From: a bacterium
Lineage (GTDB): Bacteria; Verrucomicrobiota; Lentisphaeria; Victivallales; GWF2-38-69
Length of the DNA stretch: 64,000 nucleotides
Direction of reading: 5' to 3'
Assembly: GCA_021781705.1 (NCBI GenBank)
Contig: JAJXWI010000005.1
Location: forward strand, 1,130-65,129
The translations under genes were made by a program, and so were the position numbers. Shown in pieces: positions 45,977 to 55,587 of the stretch (positions within the stretch are counted from its first letter, which is position 1; the number at the start of each line of letters is the position of its first letter). A model generated the notes under the pieces. It was not told the DNA's origin, did not search any database, and saw nothing but the letters and a program-made list of their open reading frames with translations.

Positions 45977-46855
45977 ATGAAAAGTATGACAGGGTATGGA
46001 TACAGCGAAGCTTCAGGCTCAACCGGAGCAATATTTAAGGCTGAGATTCGTTCAGTTAACAGAAAACAGCTTGATTTGAAAGTCTCTTTGCCATCAGATA
46101 TTTCTGAACATGAACTTGTTGTGCGCAAATATCTTTCCGAAAAAATAAGCAGAGGCAGTGTCAGCGTAAATATTTCGTTGTCTTTCAGCGAGGAACTGTT
46201 CAAGAAAAGCGTCAAGATAAATCATGCTCTTCTAAAAGTTTATCTTGAAAATGCCGAATCTCTGTCAAAAGATTTTAACATTGCCTCAGATTTCACCCTA
46301 AATGATCTATATAAACTTCCGAAGGTTATTGAAATAACAAATCCTGAAATGGCTCCAGAACAGGTGCAGGCTGACATTATGGCTGTTCTGGAAAAAGCTT
46401 TTTTAAATTTTGATAAAACAAGATCCGGAGAGGGCGAATTTTTAAAACAGCATTTTGAGGAAAAATTGGATCTGCTAGCTGATATTCTTTCGAAGATAGA
46501 ACCGCTGACAGCTCAGCTTCCGAAAATATACAGCGAAAAACTCAGAGAAAGAATTCAAAATTTAGGGGTTAATATAACCGATGAAAATGCTATACACAGA
46601 GAAATTGTTTTGTACTCCGATAAGTGTGATGTTTCAGAGGAAGTAACCAGGCTCAAGAGCCATTTTAAACAATTTGGGACTTTGATCAACGATAATTCCT
46701 CTGTCGGCAGAAATCTTGATTTTCTGATTCAGGAAATGCAGCGGGAAATTAATACTTTAGGCGTAAAGGCTGCCAGTACTGAAATTTCTCCGCTAATAGT
46801 TCAATTTAAAACAGAACTCGAAAAGATCCGGGAACAGATTCAAAATATAGAATGA
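45977..46855 (+). CDS. yicC: YicC-family stress-induced protein
   Basis: MKSMTGYGYSE...AEIRSVNRKQLD N-terminus and C-terminal GRNLDFLIQEMQREINT.G.KA, the YicC/DUF1732 hallmark. Confidence 0.85.
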   Translation: MKSMTGYGYSEASGSTGAIFKAEIRSVNRKQLDLKVSLPSDISEHELVVRKYLSEKISRGSVSVNISLSFSEELFKKSVKINHALLKVYLENAESLSKDFNIASDFTLNDLYKLPKVIEITNPEMAPEQVQADIMAVLEKAFLNFDKTRSGEGEFLKQHFEEKLDLLADILSKIEPLTAQLPKIYSEKLRERIQNLGVNITDENAIHREIVLYSDKCDVSEEVTRLKSHFKQFGTLINDNSSVGRNLDFLIQEMQREINTLGVKAASTEISPLIVQFKTELEKIREQIQNIE

Positions 46856-46952
46856 GTACAAGATTTAGGATTTCAATTTTCTGATTTCTAATTGAACATA
46901 ATAGTATGGTATAAATCATAAATCGGCAATCATAAGTCTGAAATATAATAAT

Positions 46953-48692
46953 ATGTTCGCAAAAGCTGTTATATACGACGCTGACACAAAGAAATGGATC
47001 TGCTTTGAAAATCCCGTAGAAATTATTCAAACAAATAAGCTTTCGGAAGTGCTGAAAAAACTTGATTGTCTGCAGGAAAAATGTTTTGGCGACAATTATT
47101 ATGCTGCAGGGTTTATTTCGTACGATGCCTCGCCGGCTTTTGATTATGCGCTTAAGGTAAAGCATAAAGAAAACAAAAATACTCCTTTGCTCTGGTTTGC
47201 CCTGTTTGAAAAAGGCCAAGAAATTCAATTGCCTAAACCTGAAAAGACTTCTACATATTTTGGGAGGTGGCGGCAGACCGTATCCGAAACCGAATACAGA
47301 AAAGCAATAGGAAAAGTAAAAAAGCAGATAAAGGTAGGCAATACATACCAGGTAAATTATACAATGCGGCAGTGTTCGGAATTTTCTGGCGATTATTGGA
47401 AATTTTTCTGTGAGCTTGCCTGGTCGCAGCGTTCTCAATATGCGGCATTTATCGAATCTGACGATTTTGTAATTTGCTCTGCCTCCCCTGAACTATTTTT
47501 TACTTATGACAGGGGAACAGTTACTTCAAAACCCATGAAAGGCACAGCTTCACGCGGATTTACTTACGAGGAAGACATAAAAAAAGCTGAATGGCTTCAT
47601 CATTCTGAAAAGAACAGAGCGGAAAATGTAATGATTGTTGACATGATAAGAAATGATTTGGGTAAGATTTCTGAGCCTGGTACGGTAAATGTTTCTTCTC
47701 TCTTCGAGGTTGAAAAATATCCTACCGTTTGGCAAATGACATCAACTGTTTCTTCTCATACTAAAAGACCTTTTTCAGATGTCATGAAGGCTCTTTTCCC
47801 ATGCGCCTCCATAACCGGAGCCCCTAAGCCATATACAATGAAAATCATTTCAGAAGTTGAATCTACTCCGCGCGGACTCTACACAGGCACTGTCGGATTT
47901 ATTGCGCCTTTAGAAAAATCCCAGTTTAATGTTGCTATAAGAACTGTTTTTATTGACAAAGCTACTGATGTTGCCGAATACGGAGTAGGGGGTGGAATAG
48001 TATGGGATTCTACGGCGGAAGACGAATACGAGGAATGTCTGATAAAAACAAAATTCCTTTCTTCTAGGCAGCCGGATTTTTCTATTCTGGAGTCTCTTTT
48101 GTGGTCTCCAGACGAAGGCTATTTCCTGCTTGATTATCATCTAGAGAGAATGGGAAAAAGTGCGGCTTATTTTAATTATAAGTTTGATAAAGAAAAAATT
48201 GTTTCTGAACTGAAAAAGTTATCTACTCCTTTTGAAAGAGCATCATATAAGGTAAGAGTTATGCTGGATGAAAGCGGTAATGTTACGATGGAGTCTACTG
48301 CCCTCGGAGATTTTACTCAAATCATGAAAGCTGCTATTTCAGATAAGCCTATCGATGTTAATACTCCTTTTGTTTACCATAAAACGACTAATAGAACCAT
48401 TTACGATGAGATAAGAAAAAGATTCCAAGAGTATGATGAAGTTATTCTCTGGAATCAAAAAAATGAAGTGACGGAAGGAATCTACTCGAACGTCGTTATT
48501 AAAATCAAAGATGAACTTTTTACTCCGCCTGTAAACTGCGGGCTGCTTTCCGGTACTTTCAGGCAGTATCTTCTCGATAAAGGCGAAATAAAAGAAAAAG
48601 TTATAAAACTGAAGGAGCTCGCCACAGCAGATGAAATCTATATGATAAACTCAGTTCGCAAATGGCGTAGGGTTTTTGTAAAAGTTCAGTGA
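46953..48692 (+). CDS. pabB: Aminodeoxychorismate synthase component I fused to aminodeoxychorismate lyase (PabB-PabC)
   Basis: Chorismate-binding motifs (ENVMIVDMIRND, PCASITGAPK, RGLYTGTVGF, GGGIVWDS). The C-terminal ~200 aa are class-IV aminotransferase-like (LFTPPVNCGLLSGTFRQ...ADEIYMINSVRKW). Confidence 0.85.
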   Translation: MFAKAVIYDADTKKWICFENPVEIIQTNKLSEVLKKLDCLQEKCFGDNYYAAGFISYDASPAFDYALKVKHKENKNTPLLWFALFEKGQEIQLPKPEKTSTYFGRWRQTVSETEYRKAIGKVKKQIKVGNTYQVNYTMRQCSEFSGDYWKFFCELAWSQRSQYAAFIESDDFVICSASPELFFTYDRGTVTSKPMKGTASRGFTYEEDIKKAEWLHHSEKNRAENVMIVDMIRNDLGKISEPGTVNVSSLFEVEKYPTVWQMTSTVSSHTKRPFSDVMKALFPCASITGAPKPYTMKIISEVESTPRGLYTGTVGFIAPLEKSQFNVAIRTVFIDKATDVAEYGVGGGIVWDSTAEDEYEECLIKTKFLSSRQPDFSILESLLWSPDEGYFLLDYHLERMGKSAAYFNYKFDKEKIVSELKKLSTPFERASYKVRVMLDESGNVTMESTALGDFTQIMKAAISDKPIDVNTPFVYHKTTNRTIYDEIRKRFQEYDEVILWNQKNEVTEGIYSNVVIKIKDELFTPPVNCGLLSGTFRQYLLDKGEIKEKVIKLKELATADEIYMINSVRKWRRVFVKVQ

Positions 48693-48696
48693 AGTA

Positions 48697-48815
48697 TGCA
48701 CCAACCCAAATGGACAGCTCGGCGAGCTGTCCCTACCAAGTTCGTGGAGATCTATATTGGTAGGGTGATTCCTTCAGCCATGCGTTTTAGCAAGGCGCCT
48801 AAAGCGCCGCATTTA
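48697..48815 (+). repeat. Type-3 intergenic repeat, copy 2
   Basis: CACCAACCCAAATGGAC, the hairpin ACAGCTC-GGC-GAGCTGT, CCCTACC...GGTAGGGTG, AGCCATGCGTTTTAGCAAGG, and the hairpin GGCGC-CTAAA-GCGCC. Confidence 0.65.
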
Positions 48816-48953
48816 ACATCCATTTTTGATTCTTTCTAATTCGTTCCATCGGCCATACAAGGATTCAAGTTTCGCCTTTAGCAAGTTTAATTCGGTTTGA
48901 AGCTTCTGAGATTTATCCCCATGTTTTTCAAAAAATCCTGACTTCCGAATGTT
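48813..48953 (-). pseudogene. Duplicated 3'-terminal fragment of the ABC-F gene (copy of 51909..52047)
   Basis: Encodes ...FFEKHGDKSQKLQTELNLLKAKLESLYGRWNELERIKNG, matching the last ~45 residues of the 629-aa ABC-F protein. The 68-aa ORF 48813..49019 is a chimera with IS-end sequence. Confidence 0.85.
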
Positions 48954-50487
48954 CCCGACTTCGGCGGTCTTGACGTGTAAGATGTTGACTATCAACGAAA
49001 GTTCATTTTTGCAGGGCACTACATTATTTTATCTAAAAATAGTGTAATATATTTATGCAAGGCTTGTTCCGGGAAACGGAGTCCTAGAATAGTTTTTCCC
49101 GAAGAATTTGTAGATTTTTACACATTCAGGAGAGTCATTTGATGGGATGGTGTAGTATTTGCCGTCGGGCTTATTTCTTACTATGGTTACTTTTGATGAA
49201 AGGAGAGCATCTCTTATTCTTTCTGGATAAATCGGACCGTATTGAAGTTTGATTCTGTACGAAAGGTGTCTTACACAAACCAGGGACATGAAGCATATCG
49301 CCATATGCGCCCTTATTCTCTTTGGAGTCCAATGAAAGATAGGCCTTACTTTAAGATCATGTTTGGATATTCTGAAGCACTCTTCTATCTGCCATAAACC
49401 GTGATACTGCCCAGTTATATCTTCAAGCTTCATGTCAAGATCATTTGTGATTACCGCATGTATCCCATCGAATTTTGCCGCCTCAGCTATTTTTCTCTCG
49501 TCAAGATCGATCGTAGAATCTCCCTGTAATTTAAAAAACCTTTTGTACCCATAGCTGCCTATCAGCGTTTTTGTCTTTTTGCTTTTTGAGAGTTTCTTTT
49601 TTACTCTTTCGATATTTTCAATTCTGTCTTTTGCATCTTTCTTAGCTCTAATCGAACTATAAACTGATACTATCCTTCTATCATTGACTTAAGCGTATTG
49701 CCCTCAAAAGTAGATCCGGGAAATATCTGATACCCCAATGGCAGTCCTTCAGTTGTTGCCATTAAAGCAAGGATAATTTGAGGCTGATTAAATTTTAAAT
49801 CCTTGCTATAACCATTATCCTTCAGTTCATCGGGTGTAAAACTTTCAAAGTACAATGTCGTACATTCGTAAAATACCACTCTTATCTTCTCTCTCAGCAA
49901 GTTTTCTGCTAACTGCCTTACAATAGCATTTATTCTTTCTACGCTCTTATCATCTATCAGATCCATCATTCTGTACACTGAATCAAGAGAAAAGCTTACC
50001 CCAAAGTCGCTCTCAAGTTTTCTGACCATGGCTTTTTTACTCGGCGGATCGGCTATTCTTCCCATAACAATGTGACAAAACTTGTTCAACGCATTCTCAT
50101 GCGAGGCCGGCCTTGATATTGCCTCTTCAAAACCTATTTCTCTATATACTTCCCCGTAAATATCGTGTATTCCTGTTATTACGTCCTGAACGGCTTCAAC
50201 TTCTTTTAGCTTTACATTATCAGGAACTTCTTCTTTCCTCTCTCTACTGCTTATGGCCATTTCAGCTAAATCTTCGGATCGAAACAATGAAGGCTCCCTT
50301 TCATTTTCTATCTTCGTCTTTATGTACTCAGCAAGATCTTTTAGTCTCTTGAGCTCATCTTCATCAAATTCTATCCCAACATGCCTTACTGTCTTCTGCT
50401 TTATCTTTTGACCATCGCGAACGCTCTCTACAAGATTGAGGCTGAGTTTTTTTAATTTTGCCTTTTTACCGCCGAAGTCGGGAAAAT
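48952..50487 (-). mobile_element. Decayed IS1634-like (IS4-related) insertion sequence
   Basis: Inverted ends TTCCCGACTTCGGCGGT at 48953..48969 and, as the reverse complement, at 50470..50486. The interior carries transposase fragments in different frames. Confidence 0.7.
49053..50470 (-). pseudogene. IS1634-family DDE transposase, disrupted
   Basis: The N-terminal part reads ...LSLNLVESVRDGQKIKQKTVRHVG...VVFYECTTLYFES (the usual YD.TT.YFE has E in place of D) and has no in-frame ATG. There is a frame break near 49670..49690. The C-terminal part has YHGLWQIEECFRISKHDLKVRPIFHW (the Y-R-E-K signature). I do not see the region that should carry the second catalytic Asp. Confidence 0.7.
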
Positions 50488-50630
50488 AGCGCCATCTCTG
50501 GGGTATTTTTTGGTTAATTTATATTTTATTCTTGACAAAAACAAAAATGATGATAAAATTTCTTCACTATATTTTATGCATATGGTCGAGTGCTTCGAAG
50601 TTAAATGTAAATAAAAAGGGGGTAAAAGAA

Positions 50631-51785
50631 ATGAAGATATTAGTAAGAAATATTTCAATTGGAGTTATTGCGGGACTGCTGTTTAATACGACTTGTAGTG
50701 CGAACCCAGGAATACTAGAAGTAATAGAAGAACCGCTTGCTAAGCTAGAGAGACGGACTGCTGAAAATTCCTCAGATATGCAGCTTTTTCAACAAATCAA
50801 GCTGAGAGCGTCAGAAGTAGTAATTACGCCCGAGACTTCCTTGTCACAATTTAAAGAAGGTTTAGTTTTTTTATGTCAGCCTGTAGCGGCCGTGGATTAT
50901 ACGAATGAAAATATCCAACAGCTGCGCTCTGCACTTATTTCTAATCTTCATACAATCGACTCCGCTAGGGTTCTTGATCGTGATAGTTATTTTTTAAGAA
51001 TAGCCGAAGTGTCAGAAAAAGTACGGAATGCGAAAGAAGACACAGAAATTGTAGCGTTCAGATCTGTTGTGAACTCATTAAAAACTGACAGCCGTTACAC
51101 TGAACTCACGACATCTAATAAAGATAGATTTGGATTATCACGAAATATTGTACTACGTCAGTATGGTCCCTCCTGTTCAATGAACGCTCTATTTAATTTT
51201 TTGAGAAGTTGCCCTGAGGAAGAATTCGCAATGATTCGATCCAAGTGCTCGCCAGAAGTTGCATTGGCTTTAGATAACTTATTGACACGCAGTGGTAATT
51301 CGGTTGCTTTGATAGAGTCAGTTAACAGATTGGCTCCAAAGGGATTGTGGAGTATGCTATTAAAAAAATTCGGACAAACGCCACTTTATGGAATTTCTTA
51401 TACCGTAGGTAGCGATAATAGTATCATCAATGGAGTAGCACCGTGGGAGTTACGGTCACTTCTATTAGAGTTTGGTTTAAATCTTGATGTTAGTTCAAAG
51501 AAACATTACCCAACATCAGAATATAGGTTTTCTGATGAAGATATACAAAAAATAGTGGGTGATTTATCTAACGGCGACTACATCGTTGTATTACAGACCC
51601 ATTATGTATTTTTGAAAAAAACAAATAATGAGATTAGCGTTTATGATTCAGATGAAGAAAATGGAATAGAAGGGGAGCTTTTTGGCTTTTCATACTTTAA
51701 TTATGAAGCAATAAATTACTTAGTAGAAATTGCTAATTATGGTGAGTATCAACCAATGCTTCAGTTTTTTAAGATTACAATTTAA
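50631..51785 (+). CDS. Secreted protein with a candidate papain-like (clan CA) Cys/His peptidase domain
   Basis: ATG 50631 (purine-rich AAAGGGGG upstream) gives the signal MKILVRNISIGVIAGLLFNTTCSA. The C-terminal half has RQYGPSCSMNALFNFL (a Gln then Cys arrangement) and GDYIVVLQTHYVFLKKTNNEISVYDSD (His then Asp). Confidence 0.6.
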   Translation: MKILVRNISIGVIAGLLFNTTCSANPGILEVIEEPLAKLERRTAENSSDMQLFQQIKLRASEVVITPETSLSQFKEGLVFLCQPVAAVDYTNENIQQLRSALISNLHTIDSARVLDRDSYFLRIAEVSEKVRNAKEDTEIVAFRSVVNSLKTDSRYTELTTSNKDRFGLSRNIVLRQYGPSCSMNALFNFLRSCPEEEFAMIRSKCSPEVALALDNLLTRSGNSVALIESVNRLAPKGLWSMLLKKFGQTPLYGISYTVGSDNSIINGVAPWELRSLLLEFGLNLDVSSKKHYPTSEYRFSDEDIQKIVGDLSNGDYIVVLQTHYVFLKKTNNEISVYDSDEENGIEGELFGFSYFNYEAINYLVEIANYGEYQPMLQFFKITI

Positions 51786-51908
51786 AACATAGAAAATTCG
51801 ATTTAGCATAAAGTATTCTAAGGCTCGTAGATTTACTGGCTTGATTCTTTCGGGTACTTTTTGCAATCTTAAAAAAAATATGTTTATAGGCCGCCAATTG
51901 CTTATATT

Positions 51909-53798
51909 TTACCCATTTTTGATTCTTTCCAATTCGTTCCATCGGTCATACAAGGATTCAAGTTTCGCTTTTAGCAAGTTTAATTCGGTTTGAAGCTTTT
52001 GGGAATTATCCCCATGTTTTTCAAAAAAATCCTGGCTTCCGAATGTTTTTTCAATTTCAGCTATATTTTCTTCTGTTTCAATGAGTTTGCCTTCTATAGT
52101 TTCAAGTTCTCTTTCTTCTGACCATTTTAATTTTTTGATGCCGATTTTTGAAGGTTCCTGGGGAAGTTTCGAAGATTTATCTTTTTCTTTTTGAAGTGTA
52201 TTAGCCTGAGCAGTACGGATTTGTTTCTTTTCAAAATAGTATTCATAATTTCCGACATAGTAGTTGAGTTCTTTTTCTTCAAAGGCCAGAATGCTCGAGC
52301 ATACTCGATTAAGAAAGTATCTATCATGGCTGACCAGGATGACGCATCCTCTAAACGATAACAGTGATTCTTCAAGTATTCTCAGGGTTTGCAGATCCAG
52401 GTCATTTGTAGGTTCGTCAAGTATCAGGAAATTGCCGCCATTTTTTAGTATTTTGGCCAGAATCAAACGCCCTTTCTCTCCGCCGGAAAGTTCAGAAATT
52501 CTGGTTCTGATTCTTGAATCCTCGAAAAGAAATCTTTTTAAATATGTCCATATCGTTACTCTTTCATCTCCTAATTTTACGAAGTCATAACCTCCGCCGA
52601 TTTCCTCATAAACACTGTTTGATTCATTAAGCTTCAATCTTTCCTGATCTATGTAATTGAATTCAAGATTGGATGCTCTTTCTATAGTTCCGGATGTCGG
52701 AAGCAGTTCGCCTGTCAATGTTTTCAGAAAAGAGGTTTTCCCTGTTCCGTTCTTTCCTATAAGCCCGATTTTCATTCCTGGGTTAATGAGAAAATTAAAG
52801 TCTTTTAAAATCAGATTATTGCCATAAGAAATAGATACATTGGTAAATTCTGCGACTTTATCGCTCAGTTGGCGTGGCGGAGGTATAATCAGTTCGATAT
52901 CGAGTTCCTTTTCCGGGGGAAGTTGACTTACCGCCTGATTAAACCTGTCAACCCGGCTATAGGACTTTGTTCCTCTGGCCTTGGGCATACGCCTGATCCA
53001 GCTGATTTCCCGCCTGATGAAACTTTTTCTTTTGTGTTCCATCTTTTCTTCAACCTCTATCCTTTTGGCTTTCCCTATCAGATAGTCGGAGTAGGAGCCG
53101 GGGTATGAGTAGAAATTACCATTTGCAAGTTCAATTACTCTAGTTGCCAGATTATCCAAAAAGTAACGGTCATGCGTTACAAAAATTATTGTGCCGTTGT
53201 AGGATTCTATATATTGCTCCAGCCATTCTACGGAGTCTGTGTCCAGATGGTTTGTTGGTTCATCAAGGATGAGTAAATCAGGTTCGCCTATTATCGCTTT
53301 TGCCAAAGAGGTTCTTCTTCTTTCGCCTCCCGACAATTCTGATACCTTTTTGTCTATTCCAGGGGCGTTGACTGCCTGCATTACTCTTTCAATCTTGTTT
53401 TTCAGATTCCAGCCGTCCAGCATCTTAATTTTATTCTCAATTATATGCTGTTCATTGGAGTCATGTGGTAGATTTTCGTATTCCCTAATCAGATCGGTAA
53501 TGTTTGAAGCACCGTCTAAAACCGATTCATAAACGTTTTTGTTCGGATCAATGGTAAAGTCCTGTGAAAGGTATGACATTGTCAATCCCTTTCGCCTAAT
53601 GACATTGCCGTTGTCAGGCTTTTCTATGCCTGCTACTATTTTAAGAAAGGTTGACTTCCCGCAGCCGTTTCTGCCAACAAGTCCAATTTTTTCTTTCTCA
53701 TAAACCGCAAGCGAGCTGTTTTGTAAAACAACTTGATTCCCATACGAAACGCTTAAACTGTCAGCGCTGAAAACGACCGGTGTATTTTGTTCTGCCAT
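51909..53798 (-). CDS. ABC-F family ATPase (Uup/EttA-like, two ABC cassettes, C-terminal coiled coil)
   Basis: Walker A GRNGCGKST and GKNGTGKTS, signatures LSGGERRR and LSGGEKGR, Walker B LLILDEPTNHLD and FLILDEPTNDLD. No TM domain. Confidence 0.9.
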   Translation of the reverse strand: MAEQNTPVVFSADSLSVSYGNQVVLQNSSLAVYEKEKIGLVGRNGCGKSTFLKIVAGIEKPDNGNVIRRKGLTMSYLSQDFTIDPNKNVYESVLDGASNITDLIREYENLPHDSNEQHIIENKIKMLDGWNLKNKIERVMQAVNAPGIDKKVSELSGGERRRTSLAKAIIGEPDLLILDEPTNHLDTDSVEWLEQYIESYNGTIIFVTHDRYFLDNLATRVIELANGNFYSYPGSYSDYLIGKAKRIEVEEKMEHKRKSFIRREISWIRRMPKARGTKSYSRVDRFNQAVSQLPPEKELDIELIIPPPRQLSDKVAEFTNVSISYGNNLILKDFNFLINPGMKIGLIGKNGTGKTSFLKTLTGELLPTSGTIERASNLEFNYIDQERLKLNESNSVYEEIGGGYDFVKLGDERVTIWTYLKRFLFEDSRIRTRISELSGGEKGRLILAKILKNGGNFLILDEPTNDLDLQTLRILEESLLSFRGCVILVSHDRYFLNRVCSSILAFEEKELNYYVGNYEYYFEKKQIRTAQANTLQKEKDKSSKLPQEPSKIGIKKLKWSEERELETIEGKLIETEENIAEIEKTFGSQDFFEKHGDNSQKLQTELNLLKAKLESLYDRWNELERIKNG

Positions 53799-53859
53799 AA
53801 TTATTAACTGGTGTACATATTTATAAGTTTTTTTGTTTGCGTTATTAGAGATACAAGTA

Positions 53860-55269
53860 CTATTGTACGTTTCTTAAGTAATTACCGGCATATTGCCTTA
53901 GTGCATTATCAAAGGTGTTATTTTTTTGTAAAAAAATACTATAATTAGCAATTGCTTCATTCTTATTGCCACAATGCTCGTTAATAAATCCCATAGAGAA
54001 ATATAGATAATAATGTTCAGAGTTGAATTTTAAAACTGCTTCAATGAATATAATGACATCATTAGTTATCTTTTTGAGCTGTTCATCTTTTGCAATGTTT
54101 TTCATCCAGTAACTGCTTTTCTTATAAAGCTGAAGACTCTTTTTATAATTATTTTCCCACATATATAGGAAGGCTAAAGAAATGTTTTTTAGATGATATT
54201 TAATATCAGATTTATCAACAATATCAATTTTTAATAAACAGTTTTTAGCTTTCTCGATGTTCCTAAAATGAAAATTATAGATGGCCATTCTGAGTTGATA
54301 AGCTATGTTATCTTGGGAAACTTGCAGGTGTTTATTAGTTAGATCTAGAAATTGTCCAGCGTAACTATTAACAGATTCTTGAGTGATATTCAAAATCAAG
54401 TGATCGGTATAAATCTTAGTTATTTCAAAATCATAACAAAATGCTAAATGATCATTAATGCCTTGTAAGAACCTTTTTATATTTTTATTTTTTGACGAAA
54501 TATGCTTTTCCCTTAGTTCTTTCAAAAATTCTATTGCCTTTGATAAATTTCTACTTAAAATGAAACTAATAGAAATAAGATATAAGCTTATGTCACTTAT
54601 GTTGTTAACTACAACATTTTGATCGGTAAAGCTGTTCTCTTCTGAGGTAGTAAATTGCCTAGGTCCAATGTTGCCGAGAATGAATGATATTTCAGTATCT
54701 TTAAGTGCTCTCAAATTTAAATCTAAAACAGTGAAGCTGATATCCAGAAATCCTTTGACAGGTTTATTATTTAGCTTTCCTGTTTCAAAATTACCATGAA
54801 TTATTATTTGTGCTTTTGTTTTCGTTAAAAAGGTGTGAGCATCTTTGTTGGATTTTATTAAGTGATTGAATGGAAGTTTCTTGCATATAACATTCGTCAT
54901 TCCTACTCTGGATGGCAAATCTATTTTTACTCTTTCGAACAGATCTATAATATCAGAACAACATTCCCCATTTGCTTTATGCGGGGCAAATAAAATTCCA
55001 ATTTCATTTTTCTTGAATTTTGGAGTTTTTCTGGCTATGAGCCAAATTATTGGTATTATCACTACCCCTATTAACCATATTATAGCAGATGATGTTATAA
55101 TTGTTGGTTTGCTTATGGAAGGGATTGCTTCATAAAGAAGTGGGGATATTAGCTTGAAAATGCAAAAAAGAACACAAGAGAATAAAATAAGACATAATAC
55201 TAAAAACCAACCAGTAGTTTTAGCATGCCAATATTTCAATAAAATCTTTAATATCTTAATCAAATTCAT
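53860..55269 (-). CDS. Membrane-anchored protein with a helical-repeat (TPR-like) C-terminal region, unknown function
   Basis: Two N-terminal TM helices (WFLVLCLILFSCVLFCIF and IIWLIGVVIIPIIWLIA), a ~150-aa globular region, then Tyr/Asn/Lys-rich helical repeats. Very AT-rich by eye. Confidence 0.65.
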   Translation of the reverse strand: MNLIKILKILLKYWHAKTTGWFLVLCLILFSCVLFCIFKLISPLLYEAIPSISKPTIITSSAIIWLIGVVIIPIIWLIARKTPKFKKNEIGILFAPHKANGECCSDIIDLFERVKIDLPSRVGMTNVICKKLPFNHLIKSNKDAHTFLTKTKAQIIIHGNFETGKLNNKPVKGFLDISFTVLDLNLRALKDTEISFILGNIGPRQFTTSEENSFTDQNVVVNNISDISLYLISISFILSRNLSKAIEFLKELREKHISSKNKNIKRFLQGINDHLAFCYDFEITKIYTDHLILNITQESVNSYAGQFLDLTNKHLQVSQDNIAYQLRMAIYNFHFRNIEKAKNCLLKIDIVDKSDIKYHLKNISLAFLYMWENNYKKSLQLYKKSSYWMKNIAKDEQLKKITNDVIIFIEAVLKFNSEHYYLYFSMGFINEHCGNKNEAIANYSIFLQKNNTFDNALRQYAGNYLRNVQ

Positions 55270-55587
55270 GGTAAGTATTTCTCACTCAAATCACCGTTGT
55301 ATAAGGGCGTTGAGTTAACTATCGAGGTTGAATAGGCTTGGCTCAAGATTTTATTTTGCAATTTCATTTTTTGATAACTTCCAGCTTTCTGTGTTCATTT
55401 TCATGTATCTAAATAAACGGGTCAATATCAAGCCGTTTTTTGTTCTGTTTACTTAAAATAACACATAGCATCATTTTTTTTATAGCATCTCATTATTTTA
55501 GTTTTGCATTTTCACGAAAGGCTAGTTACCAGTATTCATGATGTCGGTTGACAATTCAATTTTAATTTCCGAAGAGTTCAGTAAAGT

